In this document: positions 20,675 through 30,866 of the stretch, in pieces | How the letters are laid out: each line of letters starts with the position of its first letter | How positions within the stretch are numbered: the stretch's first letter is position 1 | Source of the DNA: an uncultured Apibacter sp. | GTDB taxonomy: Bacteria > Bacteroidota > Bacteroidia > Flavobacteriales > Weeksellaceae | Length of the DNA stretch: 64,000 bases | Direction: 5' to 3' | Assembly (NCBI GenBank): GCA_945280365.1 | Contig: CALYQD010000004.1 | Location: 8,571 to 72,570, forward strand | Notes under the pieces: generated by a model | The model's input: only the letters and a program-made list of their open reading frames with translations | The model's database searches: none | Told to the model about the DNA's origin: nothing | Made by a program: the position numbers and the translations under genes

Positions 20675-21736
20675 ATGAAAACAAAAAAATTAAAAAATTT
20701 GTTAAGTTTGTTTGTACTGCTTATATTTATGGCGGCAAACGCACAGTACAAACCTACTATTTACATTTTGGCTACGGGAGGAACTATAGCCGGTCAAGGG
20801 TCATCCTCTGTTACACAGGCATATAAACCCGGTTCTATTACAGTAGATGAACTTTTAAGTGCAGTTCCCTCCATCAAAGACGTTGCTAATATTAAAGCAG
20901 AACAAGTTGCCAATATAGGTAGTCAGGACATGAATGATGACGTATGGCTTAAATTATCGAAAAGAGTTAACGAATTACTTAGCCAAAAAGATGTAGACGG
21001 AATTGTGATTACTCATGGTACCGATACGCAAGAGGAGACAGCTTATTTCCTTAACTTGACGGTAAAAAGTAATAAACCGGTAGTTTTGGTTGGATCCATG
21101 CGTCCTTCAACAGCCATTGGCGCAGATGGTCCTAGAAATATTCACAATGCAGTAGCATGTGCCGCATCCGCAGAATCACTTGGAAAAGGAGTAATGGTAG
21201 TAATGGATGATAAAATTATAGGAGCAGATGATATTACCAAAACTCATACACTTGATGTTGGAACTTTTGAAGATCCTAATTATGGTAATCTTGGAATCAT
21301 GTATAACGGAAAACCTATCTATACAAGAGAATCCGTAAAAAGACATACTATAAATTCAGAATTTGACATTACAAATATAAATAAACTACCAAGAGTGGAA
21401 GTTGTTTTAAGTTATTCTAATGCGAAGTCTTTATTTATAGATGCAGCCGTTAATGCAGGTGCAAAAGGAATAGTTACTGCAGGAGTGGGTAATGGAAATA
21501 TTACAACCGATATGCAAAATGCATTAGTAAATGCGGTAAAAAGAGGAGTAGCGGTTGTTCGTTCCTCTCGTATACCTATGGGACCTACAGCACAATATGA
21601 TGAAGTGGATGATGATAAATATGGGTTTACAGCCTCTTGGTATATAAATCCATATAAAGCTAGAATATTATTAATGTTAGCGTTAACCAAAACAAACAAT
21701 TATAAAGAAATTCAAAGAATGTTTACAGAATATTAA
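20675..21736 (+). CDS. ansB: periplasmic L-asparaginase type II
   Basis: Signal peptide followed by the signature ILATGGTIAG and a second motif GIVITHGTDTQEETAYFL. Confidence 0.9.
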   Translation: MKTKKLKNLLSLFVLLIFMAANAQYKPTIYILATGGTIAGQGSSSVTQAYKPGSITVDELLSAVPSIKDVANIKAEQVANIGSQDMNDDVWLKLSKRVNELLSQKDVDGIVITHGTDTQEETAYFLNLTVKSNKPVVLVGSMRPSTAIGADGPRNIHNAVACAASAESLGKGVMVVMDDKIIGADDITKTHTLDVGTFEDPNYGNLGIMYNGKPIYTRESVKRHTINSEFDITNINKLPRVEVVLSYSNAKSLFIDAAVNAGAKGIVTAGVGNGNITTDMQNALVNAVKRGVAVVRSSRIPMGPTAQYDEVDDDKYGFTASWYINPYKARILLMLALTKTNNYKEIQRMFTEY

Positions 21737-21737
21737 A

Positions 21738-22874
21738 ATGAAATTAAGTATTACGAAAAAAATCCTTTTAGCAGTAAGTTGTTTATTTTGCTTAGCAAAC
21801 TACGGACAACAAACAGATTCAAATTCAGGAGACAACAATACTGTCAATAATGAATCATCTTTTAAATCTATTTTAGATAAGCTTTTGAAAGATGATCAGA
21901 TGTTAAATATCATGCTTGATACGCGTATAGACTATCAAGCTACTTTTAAAGATAGTGAAACAGAAGAAAGTAGCTTTCGAGGAAATACAGTAAAATTATG
22001 GTTTGTTGGGGAAATAGTTCCAGGATTTCGCTACAGAATACGTCATCGAATAAACACACCTCAGAATCCTCTTTATAGAGACAATTATTCTTCAGCTACC
22101 GATCAAGCGTATTTTGAAATTGATGCAGGTAAACGATGGACTTTTAGAATTGGTAAGCAAGCCGTTCAATTTGGTACCTTTGAATTTGACTATAATGCAG
22201 CTGATTTATATTTGTATACCATGGCTTATAATGATTTGGATGCCTATAAAACAGGTGTTAATGTCGCTTATAATGCAGGAGGACAAACATTGAATTTTCA
22301 AGTTGTAAACTCTGATGCACCTCAGTTTTCAACTGAAAAATATAAAAACAAATCTTTAGCAGGAGTATTTTTATGGGAAGGTAGCTTGTTTAACAATGCA
22401 CTTAAAACTCGTTATGGTTATGGAGCATTTCAACATGATGCAAGCAAATACTATAATTGGATAACTATTGGTAACCAAATTAATATTCAAAAATTTACAG
22501 CAGAATTAGACTGGTATATGGGAGATCGTGATATGAATTATGGAGATGTTGTTCAAAATGACTTAGGATTAAGACACGTAAGAGACAACTCTGTATCTGT
22601 TAATTTTAAATATGATTTAGGAAAAGTAAAACCCCTTATCAAAGGAGTGTGGAATAAAAGAAGAGATCAGTTGAATTCTTCTTCATATATAAATGGAGGA
22701 GTACAGGCAGCGGTTGAATATTATCCTTTTACAGATCCAGCATTGAAAGATTTAAGATTCCACGTTATGTATGCCTATAATAGGACAAATTTCAACGGAA
22801 TATATAATGATTTAGATGGAATAAACGGCAATCAAATTATTGCAGGACTTCGTTGGTTCTTGAAAATTAAATAG
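21738..22874 (+). CDS. outer-membrane porin (beta-barrel, porin O/P-like)
   Basis: 378 aa with a signal peptide, alternating beta-strand pattern and a C-terminal aromatic residue context (RWFLKIK). Its start is 1 nt after the ansB stop. Confidence 0.6.
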   Translation: MKLSITKKILLAVSCLFCLANYGQQTDSNSGDNNTVNNESSFKSILDKLLKDDQMLNIMLDTRIDYQATFKDSETEESSFRGNTVKLWFVGEIVPGFRYRIRHRINTPQNPLYRDNYSSATDQAYFEIDAGKRWTFRIGKQAVQFGTFEFDYNAADLYLYTMAYNDLDAYKTGVNVAYNAGGQTLNFQVVNSDAPQFSTEKYKNKSLAGVFLWEGSLFNNALKTRYGYGAFQHDASKYYNWITIGNQINIQKFTAELDWYMGDRDMNYGDVVQNDLGLRHVRDNSVSVNFKYDLGKVKPLIKGVWNKRRDQLNSSSYINGGVQAAVEYYPFTDPALKDLRFHVMYAYNRTNFNGIYNDLDGINGNQIIAGLRWFLKIK

Positions 22875-22906
22875 ATTTTTTATTTATACTTAAATATTTT
22901 GACTTT

Positions 22907-22940
22907 AAAGCCTTATAAATTTTTATTTATAAGGCTTTTT
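22907..22940 (+). terminator. rho-independent terminator after the porin gene
   Basis: Perfect 14-bp stem AAAGCCTTATAAAT / ATTTATAAGGCTTT followed by a T-run. Confidence 0.8.
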
Positions 22941-22997
22941 AAATTTTTCTCTTTTCTAAAGTAAAATAGTTTTTTATTTAGATTTTCCGATAACTTT

Positions 22998-23993
22998 TTA
23001 CATTTTACGTATTATTTTACCGGTTGGCGTCCTCGCAAAACTATTTATATAAATTATTTCTTTAGGCTTTTCATACCTATTTGCATAATTAAAATCAAGG
23101 ATCTGCCTTTCAAGTTCAAGATCTTTTTTTCCAGCTATTATTAACACTACTTTATTCCCTAATAAAGGGTCTTCTAAGGAAGATATGATAAAATCTGAAT
23201 TAATAACTGATTTGAGCTGTTTTTCTACTTGTTCGGGAAATATCTTTATTCCACCTGAGTTAATCACATGATCAATTCTTCCTATCCATTCGAATTCGTT
23301 ATCGGAAATTATGGAAACCAAATCATTTGTAATAATTTCTTCTTTCAAAAATGGAGTAAGAATACATAAGCATCCTCTTTTATCTATGCGCATTTTTGTA
23401 TTCGGCATAAGTTTAAAAAAAGGTTTTGTATTATTGCCCGATACTTTTTTAAGAGCTATATGAGAAATTGTTTCCGTCATGCCAAAAGATTCGTAAATGT
23501 CCGTGGGTCGAGTTTTTAATTTGGATTGTAGTTGTGAAGATAGCTGAGCTCCTCCGATAATTAACTTTTTTATAAAAGAGAGCTTGTCTAATGAATTTTC
23601 GACCTGCATGGGCGTCATGGCAGAAAAAGTAAATTCCATTGTAATATTTTCCAAAGGATGAGAAACAGGTTTAATACAATAAAGATCGAGTTTCCATACA
23701 ATAGCTCTAACCAGCATCATTTTTCCGGCAATATAGGAAGAAGGCATACAAAGAAGTGCACGATCTTTTACCTGTAAATGTAAAAATGTACCCGTCATTT
23801 TAGCACTTTGAATCATAGCTTTTTTTGAAAGCTCTATATTTTTAGGAATTCCGGTAGAACCTGACGTTTTGGTCGTAATTGTTGCGGATGGGGCATACCA
23901 ATCTTTTAAAAAATCAATAATATCTTTCTGCCAACTTTCTTTACTAGGTATTTTGTCTATTTCAATCTGTTTTGAGAAATCCAAATGTATCAT
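22998..23993 (-). CDS. menE: O-succinylbenzoate-CoA ligase-like short AMP-binding enzyme
   Basis: 331 aa with AMP-binding motifs TSGSTGIPK, SFGMTE and the C-terminal PTGKI.R. It lies downstream of menC. Confidence 0.7.
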   Translation of the reverse strand: MIHLDFSKQIEIDKIPSKESWQKDIIDFLKDWYAPSATITTKTSGSTGIPKNIELSKKAMIQSAKMTGTFLHLQVKDRALLCMPSSYIAGKMMLVRAIVWKLDLYCIKPVSHPLENITMEFTFSAMTPMQVENSLDKLSFIKKLIIGGAQLSSQLQSKLKTRPTDIYESFGMTETISHIALKKVSGNNTKPFFKLMPNTKMRIDKRGCLCILTPFLKEEIITNDLVSIISDNEFEWIGRIDHVINSGGIKIFPEQVEKQLKSVINSDFIISSLEDPLLGNKVVLIIAGKKDLELERQILDFNYANRYEKPKEIIYINSFARTPTGKIIRKM

Positions 23994-24232
23994 ACGTAAA
24001 ATTTCTATATAATTATATTGGCTAATTTTTATAAAAAAAGCTTACTAAATGTCTAATTTAGTTTAATAAATTCATCTAATCTAAATTATGAATAAATATT
24101 TATGTCTAATTATTTAATTCATTCCAAGAATAAGTTATAAAACTTACATTTAGTATAAATTTTACTTGTTAATCAACAAGTAATGGAGCGGTAATTAAAA
24201 AAATTGTAATGAATTTACCCACTATACGATAG

Positions 24233-25243
24233 TTAAGGATTATAAAAGAGATATTCACCTATTACCGATAAATTTGTTGGAAAATTATTGGTAAATAAAC
24301 TTCCCGTCCCTAAACCTTGAGGCATATCTTTATTAAATAAAGCAGTCCACTGTGCAATAGCATTTAATCCAATATTAGATTCCAATGCGGAAGTAATCCA
24401 CCAATCAATATTTTTAGCTTTAGCTATATCAATCCATTCTTGAGATCCATTCCAACCTCCTATTAGAGAAGGTTTCAATATGATGTATTGAGGGGAGATA
24501 TGTTCTAATGTTTTTTCTTTCTGATCTTTATAAAATTTTCCAATCAGTTCTTCATCTAAAGCAATAGGGGTAGGGGTATTACTGCATAAATCAGCCATTT
24601 GATCTTCATGTCCGGCTTTAATAGGTTGTTCTATAGAATGAATGTTAAGTTCGGCAAGCTGCTCTAATACCTTTTTTGCTTCTTTATAGCTAAATCCTCC
24701 ATTGGCATCAACTCTTAGCTCTAATTGATCGGCAGAAAATTCAGCACGTAAATTTTGTAGAATTTTATGTTCTTCTTTCCAGTTAACTCCGATTTTCAGC
24801 TTTATGCAACTGTAGTTTTTTTCGAGTTTTTGACGTATTTGTTCGCGCATAAAGTCTAAACTTCCCATCCAAATCAAACCGTTAATTTTAATTCCTTTTT
24901 TACCTTCAGTGAATTCCGAAGGAAAAAATAATCCATTTTTTTTATTTTCAAGTTGAGAAAATACTTGCTCGATTCCAAATTGAATGGAAGGAAACTCTTG
25001 ACAATCATTTAGAAGAAACTCTTTTCCTTCATTGATGTGATCACACACCCATTGAAGTTTACTTTCGTAATTTACCTCAGCATCTGCACTTAATCCTTTA
25101 AAAAAACTGCATTCTCCAACATATTCACCAGATGAATGTTGTACCGTTATGAAGTAAGTAAGTTTTGTATTTAATATGCCACGGGAAGTACCGGCAGGTC
25201 GTTTAAATTGTAATTCGTAAGAATTGAAATTTGCTTTAATCAT
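24233..25243 (-). CDS. menC: o-succinylbenzoate synthase (enolase superfamily)
   Basis: 336 aa with enolase-superfamily metal ligand contexts (LRVDANGGF, IEQP, ALDEEL, ILKPSLIGG). Confidence 0.75.
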   Translation of the reverse strand: MIKANFNSYELQFKRPAGTSRGILNTKLTYFITVQHSSGEYVGECSFFKGLSADAEVNYESKLQWVCDHINEGKEFLLNDCQEFPSIQFGIEQVFSQLENKKNGLFFPSEFTEGKKGIKINGLIWMGSLDFMREQIRQKLEKNYSCIKLKIGVNWKEEHKILQNLRAEFSADQLELRVDANGGFSYKEAKKVLEQLAELNIHSIEQPIKAGHEDQMADLCSNTPTPIALDEELIGKFYKDQKEKTLEHISPQYIILKPSLIGGWNGSQEWIDIAKAKNIDWWITSALESNIGLNAIAQWTALFNKDMPQGLGTGSLFTNNFPTNLSVIGEYLFYNP

Positions 25244-25339
25244 ATAAAAATAATTATGAATACTAAATTATTTATCTTAACTTGAGCTGAATTTAATACT
25301 CAATCAAATAATTTTATTAACGCTAAAATTACAAATAAT

Positions 25340-26470
25340 ATGAAGAAAATTTTATTATTTTGGGCATTCTTGTCATCCACTTGTTTTTTCTATTCTCAGC
25401 TAATAGAAATGCAGGAGATAGAAATAAAATCTATCCCTACAGATTATTATTCCCAAGCGTATGGTACGGGGTATGATTTAAAAACAAGTTTAAAGGAAAT
25501 AATTAAACGAAATCATGCTCCAATCGGTTATAAAGGACTCTGGAATTTGTATAAGTCTAAAGATGCTTTTAGTGATAAATGGTATGAAAAAGATAGTACT
25601 ATTTTAGATATTTATTCAGAAGTTCCAAATGGAATTGATCCATACAATTATCGTGTCGGAGTAGACCAATGTGGAAATTATCGTAAAGAAGGAGACTGTT
25701 ACAACAGAGAACATTTAATTCCCCAATCCATATTTTATAAAAAAGATCCCATGGTGTCTGATGCTTTTCATATTTGGCCTACCGATGGAAAAGTCAATGC
25801 TATGCGGAGCGATTATCCGTTTGGTAAAGTGGGTGCAAGCACTTGGGTATCAAAAAATGGTTCTAAATTAGGAAATAGCGATAATACAGGATATTCTGAA
25901 GGATATAAAGGAATTGTTTTTGAGCCTATCGATGAGTTTAAAGGAGACATAGCTCGCGCTTTTTTTTATTTTGCAACTCGATATGAAGACGAAATTAGTT
26001 CTTGGAGTTTTGATATGTTTAATAGAACAAAAAATCAAGTGTTTACGGAAGCGTTTAAAAATATTTTGCTTACCTGGCATATGATGGATCCTGTCAGCGA
26101 TAGAGAGATAGCAATGAATGAAGCGATATATAGTAAACAAAAAAACCGTAATCCATATATTGATCATCCGGAATGGGTAGAAATGATATGGGGAAAGATC
26201 CTTAAAGGTGAAAATTTTGAATATCAACCCAGAAACTTTTTGGAAATATATCCCACACTTTCTTCAGGAACGGTTTATATAAAATCTCAGGATGGTAAAT
26301 CTTTAGTTAAAAAAGTAATGGTGTTTTCATTAAATGGTGTTTTAATGCAAACTATTGAAAATCATAGTAATAACCTTATAATAACCGTTTATATTCCTAA
26401 ATCCGGTAATTACATCATAAAGGCTGTGGGGCATGACTTTGAAGTTAACAGAAAAGTTATAATAAAATAA
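25340..26470 (+). CDS. secreted endonuclease I family nuclease with T9SS C-terminal sorting domain
   Basis: Signal peptide. Endonuclease_1 motifs YNREHLIPQS and WPTDGKVNAMRSDYPFG. The last ~80 aa (LEIYPTLSSGTVYIK...GNYIIKAV...RKVIIK) look like a type A T9SS CTD. Confidence 0.8.
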   Translation: MKKILLFWAFLSSTCFFYSQLIEMQEIEIKSIPTDYYSQAYGTGYDLKTSLKEIIKRNHAPIGYKGLWNLYKSKDAFSDKWYEKDSTILDIYSEVPNGIDPYNYRVGVDQCGNYRKEGDCYNREHLIPQSIFYKKDPMVSDAFHIWPTDGKVNAMRSDYPFGKVGASTWVSKNGSKLGNSDNTGYSEGYKGIVFEPIDEFKGDIARAFFYFATRYEDEISSWSFDMFNRTKNQVFTEAFKNILLTWHMMDPVSDREIAMNEAIYSKQKNRNPYIDHPEWVEMIWGKILKGENFEYQPRNFLEIYPTLSSGTVYIKSQDGKSLVKKVMVFSLNGVLMQTIENHSNNLIITVYIPKSGNYIIKAVGHDFEVNRKVIIK

Positions 26471-26484
26471 AGATTAAAAGAATG

Positions 26485-26520
26485 TAAAAGAGGGTAAATT
26501 ATAAATTTTACCCTCTTTTG
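26485..26520 (+). terminator. rho-independent terminator
   Basis: AAAAGAGGGTAAA / TTTACCCTCTTTT stem followed by a T-rich tail. Confidence 0.8.
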
Positions 26521-26545
26521 TTTAAACAATATATGATTTTACCAT

Positions 26546-27133
26546 TTACATAAAAAATACCGAAAGACTTCGAGCTCCTTGTGCCCCACGAACCATCACA
26601 GCACCGATGTCGGCTGTTGCTGAAGGTCCGAGCATAAAACAACCGTAATTGCTTTCCTGAAGATTTATTTTAGCATAGGCTTCATACATATCTCTAACAA
26701 TTTCTTGCGGTTTTAATAAGATAATTAAATGCTGGGAAAGAAAACCTAAAGAAGTGACTATCATATCTTTTTCAGTCATCCACACCATACCATTTTCGGA
26801 AACTCCGAACTGCGCACGAATAATACCTACATCTACATTTTCTAATTGATGAGAATCAGTTAGAGGAGATAAGTCTTTGTTTCCTTGAAATTCAACTGCG
26901 GCAGAACAGATAACTTTTGCTTGAGGATGTAATTCTTTAATTTTGTTATTTCCTTCCTCAATTGAATTTATATCGTACCAGGTTCCTGCATTTGCAACTA
27001 AATTATCTTTAAATTCTTGTAATATATCTTGATTGTTTTTAGGAAATAAGGGGATTTTCGGATAAGGAAATTGAGTGTCCTGAGGTTTGTTTTTGCGAAT
27101 AGCGTCTAAAATATGTTCTTTTGTACTAGTCAT
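26546..27133 (-). CDS. lutC: lactate utilization protein C (LUD domain)
   Basis: The start is set at MTSTKEHILDAIRK, giving an ATGACTAG overlap with the lutB stop. The ORF track extends to 27199. Confidence 0.8.
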   Translation of the reverse strand: MTSTKEHILDAIRKNKPQDTQFPYPKIPLFPKNNQDILQEFKDNLVANAGTWYDINSIEEGNNKIKELHPQAKVICSAAVEFQGNKDLSPLTDSHQLENVDVGIIRAQFGVSENGMVWMTEKDMIVTSLGFLSQHLIILLKPQEIVRDMYEAYAKINLQESNYGCFMLGPSATADIGAVMVRGAQGARSLSVFFM

Positions 27134-28517
27134 TTTTTTCTTTTCTGTTTTTAATATACCATTCTCTAAATGTATTTTTTGCCATAGAAAACATTTCACG
27201 TTCTTGAGTCCATGGATTTATATTGCTGTATAATAAAAAATCTGGGACTACAGGTAAAACTTTTTCAGCTGCCGCCTCAGTGGTCCTAAATAAGCGAGGA
27301 TGTCCGAAAACGGTTCCTGCTGCCTTAAGTGCATATTTTCTATTAGAAGGCATATAGCCCTTATCTACAACCATTTTTCTCCATTTATAAATTTGGCCGG
27401 AGATATCTATTTTCACCGGACATACATCGGAACAAGAACCGCAAAGGGTGGAATGATAGGGAAGTTCTTTATATTTTTCAAGGTCGAAAGTAGGACTTAG
27501 AATAATTCCTATAGGCCCGGAATAAGTAGATTCATAAGACAATCCGCCGCTTCTACGGTAAACAGGACAAGTATTCATACATGCACCGCAGCGTATACAT
27601 TTAAGCGAAGTCCAAAAATCTTCCATCCCTAATCGCTCCGATCTTCCATTATCCGTAATAATGATATGTAATTCTCCATTTTTTCTGGGTCCGGAGAAGT
27701 GTGAAGTATATTGCGTTGCCGGAGTACCTAAGGCACTTCGAGATAATAAACGTATAAAAATACCTAAATCTTCAACTTTGGGAATAATTTTTTCTATTCC
27801 TATACTGGCTATGTGTAGAGGCGGAACAGAAGCCCCAATATCGGCGTTTCCTTCATTGGTACAAACAACAAAAGTACCGGTTTCAGCTATTGCAAAATTT
27901 GCACCTGTCATTCCGGCTCCAGCTCGTAAAAATTTGGGCCTTGCATTGTTTCTCATAGCCTCATTGAGTGAGTGAGCATCTGTATCGTTAGGATCCGTTC
28001 CAATGGTTTTTGCAAAGAGTTTGGCTATATCCTCGGTTGTTTTCTCAATAGCAGGCATAACAATATGAGCCGGGGGTTCGTGGGATAATTGTTGGATTCT
28101 TTCTCCTAGATCGGATTCAGTAACTTCAATACCTTTAGATTCTAAAAAGCTGGTCATTCCGCATTCTTCTTGTAGCATTGATTTGCTTTTTATAATTTCC
28201 GTTACTTTTCTTTCTTGTAAAATATTATAAACTATCTCATTATGCTCTTGCGCATCTCGTGCCCAATGTACTATTGCACCTCTTTTGGTAGCATTTTCAG
28301 CAAATTCACTCACGTATTCATCCAAATGAGATAGACTGTGTTCTTTAATTTTCGATGCTAAGACTTTCAACTCTTCCCATTCAGGTATGCTTTGGGCTAT
28401 CCGATCGCGTTTTAATCGAGCATTCCAAAGGTTTTTATCATGCTCTTTCTCATGAATGTTATCTTGATTAATGAAATCTGCCGAGTTTTTTTCAATGTTG
28501 ACAACCTTTTTTTTCAT
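27126..28517 (-). CDS. lutB: lactate utilization protein B (4Fe-4S, LUD domain)
   Basis: 463 aa with two ferredoxin-type clusters, CIRCGACMNTCP and CGSCSDVCP. Confidence 0.85.
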   Translation of the reverse strand: MKKKVVNIEKNSADFINQDNIHEKEHDKNLWNARLKRDRIAQSIPEWEELKVLASKIKEHSLSHLDEYVSEFAENATKRGAIVHWARDAQEHNEIVYNILQERKVTEIIKSKSMLQEECGMTSFLESKGIEVTESDLGERIQQLSHEPPAHIVMPAIEKTTEDIAKLFAKTIGTDPNDTDAHSLNEAMRNNARPKFLRAGAGMTGANFAIAETGTFVVCTNEGNADIGASVPPLHIASIGIEKIIPKVEDLGIFIRLLSRSALGTPATQYTSHFSGPRKNGELHIIITDNGRSERLGMEDFWTSLKCIRCGACMNTCPVYRRSGGLSYESTYSGPIGIILSPTFDLEKYKELPYHSTLCGSCSDVCPVKIDISGQIYKWRKMVVDKGYMPSNRKYALKAAGTVFGHPRLFRTTEAAAEKVLPVVPDFLLYSNINPWTQEREMFSMAKNTFREWYIKNRKEKND

Positions 28518-28526
28518 TTTTTTAGT

Positions 28527-29273
28527 TTAAAATGGACCTCCGTTAAGAACTTGTGCAATATGTAAAAAGGGTAGGTGGGTTACTCCGTTTTTTAAAGCAA
28601 CTCCCTTTTGATGCATTAAACAAGACATATCGGGAGAAACCACATATTCTGCTCCACTGGTAATATAATCAGAAATTTTATCTTTGCCCATTTTCCCACT
28701 TACTACTTCATCTGTAACGCAAAAGGTACCTCCAAAACCACAGCATTCATCGGGACGGCTCATTACCGCTAGTTCCAACCCCTTCACCATTTTTAATAAG
28801 TCTGCAGATTTATTATAAGGTGTTCCCATTATTTCGGAAGGTTTGGCTATGCCTAAGCCTCTTATTGAGCTGCAACTGTTATGTAAAGCTATTTTGTGAT
28901 TGAATGTAACATCCGGTAATTCTTTAATTTGTATAATATCATGTAAAAATTCAACTAATTCATAGGTATTCTTCCTGACATGACAAACGTCTTCATTTTG
29001 TTCTAAATTATCAAAATGCATTCGGACTTGTTTGACACAACTTCCGGCCGGACCTACAATATATTCGTAATCTTTAAAATTACTAATAAAAAGCATTTCT
29101 GCTGCTTCCGCACTTTTATAATCTCCTTCATTAGACATTGGTTGACCGCAACATGTTTGTTCTAAAGGATATTCAACGTCCATTCCTAATTTTTCCAATA
29201 ACTCCAATGTAGCTATTCCAACCTCGGGATAAATAGCATCTATATAGCAAGGAATAAATAAACCGATTTTCAT
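28527..29273 (-). CDS. lutA: lactate utilization protein A ((Fe-S)-binding CCG-domain oxidoreductase)
   Basis: 248 aa with two CCG motifs (QTCCGQP, ECCGFGG). First gene of the lutABC operon. Confidence 0.85.
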   Translation of the reverse strand: MKIGLFIPCYIDAIYPEVGIATLELLEKLGMDVEYPLEQTCCGQPMSNEGDYKSAEAAEMLFISNFKDYEYIVGPAGSCVKQVRMHFDNLEQNEDVCHVRKNTYELVEFLHDIIQIKELPDVTFNHKIALHNSCSSIRGLGIAKPSEIMGTPYNKSADLLKMVKGLELAVMSRPDECCGFGGTFCVTDEVVSGKMGKDKISDYITSGAEYVVSPDMSCLMHQKGVALKNGVTHLPFLHIAQVLNGGPF

Positions 29274-29482
29274 AATAGATTTTCAATTTTATGGATAAAT
29301 TTCTTATTTAAAATCATTCTAAATTAAAATAAATATTCAATTTATATTGTTTTCATAATTACGTTGTAATTAGTAGTCAATGCAAAGATTGTGCTTAATC
29401 AGATATTTTTGTCAAAATTTTTTTCAACTATCTTTGCTTAAAAATTATATTTCTGGTATTTACGAAATTGATTGGATAATAT

Positions 29483-30772
29483 ATGAAGGTAACGGATTCA
29501 TTGAGCGGATTAGCTATAGAAAAAAAATATTTGTTGGCAGTAAGTGGAGGGGTAGATAGTATGGTTTTAATGCATCTATTTTATAATTCTCCTTATCAAT
29601 TTAGTGTTGTTCATTGTAATTTTCAACTTCGTGGAGAAGATTCTTTGTCCGATGAAAAGTTAGTTCGGGAATATTGCTATGCTCGTAGAATTGAATTGTT
29701 CGTTAAATCTTTTGATACTTTAAAATTGAAAAAAAATAGAGAATCTTTAGAAATGGTTGCCCGAAATTTGAGATACGACTATTTTAGGGAACTAGCCAAA
29801 GAACAATTATTTGATTATCTAGTCACTGCACATCATCTCAACGATAATGTAGAAACATTTTTTATTAATTTATTAAGAGGTTCCGGGAGTAAGGGGTTAT
29901 CTGGTATGAAAAAGATTTCTGATTTTGTTTTAAGACCTTTATTATCTTTTCCTCGAAAAGAAATTGTAGCATTTGCACAAGAAAACTCTATTCCCTGGAG
30001 GGAAGATGCATCCAATTACACCTTAGAGTATTTAAGAAATAAAATTCGACATAAAATTATTCCCGAGTTTATGGATATAAGTTCAGAATTTCTAAGGCAG
30101 GTAGATAAGAGCATGAGTATTTTACATGAAACGCAATCTTTTATAGAATTTAAAGTGCAAGAACTGCAAAATGAAGCTAGCATTACCGTAGAAGAAGGAA
30201 TAAAAATTTTTTCTTTAGATAAGCTTAAAAAAGCGGATTTTCTCTTATCTTACCATTTGCTTTCTCAATACGGTTTTACGAATAAAGAGGATTGTATCAA
30301 CATTATAAATTCACATACAGGAAATATTTTTGAATCTAATACATTTAAAGTTTGGATAGATAGGGGAAGAGTATTGCTTGAAGAAAAGAAAAAAAATGTT
30401 TCTATAAAAAATTCGATTACTATAAAATCAATTCCGTTTATGATACAAGAACCTGTTGCTGTTACGTTGTATGAGAAGAATAGCAGGGAAAGTAATGCGA
30501 ATGAGATTGTTGATTTGGATAAAATTGAATTTCCTTTAACCTTAAGAAATTGGCAAAATGGCGATGTGTTTTATCCTATAAATGGGTTGGGAAAAAAGAA
30601 AGTAAGTAAATATTTAAAAGATTCTAAGGTTTCAAATTTCCAAAAAGAGAAAGTAATGGTATTGTGTAATAAATCAGGAGAAATTATTTGGCTGGTCGGA
30701 TTTCGTCTAGATGATCGTTTTAAGGTTTCAGATACCAGTAAAAGATTTCTGCATCTATTCTATAATCTTTAA
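29483..30772 (+). CDS. tilS: tRNA(Ile)-lysidine synthase
   Basis: PP-loop motif AVSGGVDSMVL, then HHLNDN.ETF and RPLL motifs. Confidence 0.9.
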   Translation: MKVTDSLSGLAIEKKYLLAVSGGVDSMVLMHLFYNSPYQFSVVHCNFQLRGEDSLSDEKLVREYCYARRIELFVKSFDTLKLKKNRESLEMVARNLRYDYFRELAKEQLFDYLVTAHHLNDNVETFFINLLRGSGSKGLSGMKKISDFVLRPLLSFPRKEIVAFAQENSIPWREDASNYTLEYLRNKIRHKIIPEFMDISSEFLRQVDKSMSILHETQSFIEFKVQELQNEASITVEEGIKIFSLDKLKKADFLLSYHLLSQYGFTNKEDCINIINSHTGNIFESNTFKVWIDRGRVLLEEKKKNVSIKNSITIKSIPFMIQEPVAVTLYEKNSRESNANEIVDLDKIEFPLTLRNWQNGDVFYPINGLGKKKVSKYLKDSKVSNFQKEKVMVLCNKSGEIIWLVGFRLDDRFKVSDTSKRFLHLFYNL

Positions 30773-30866
30773 AACTTATTTACTTATTAATAGGTATAAA
30801 TTATTCCTTTTTAAATATAGAAGGTATTATGTTTGTATCTGATACTTGAAAATTTAAATAATAAAA

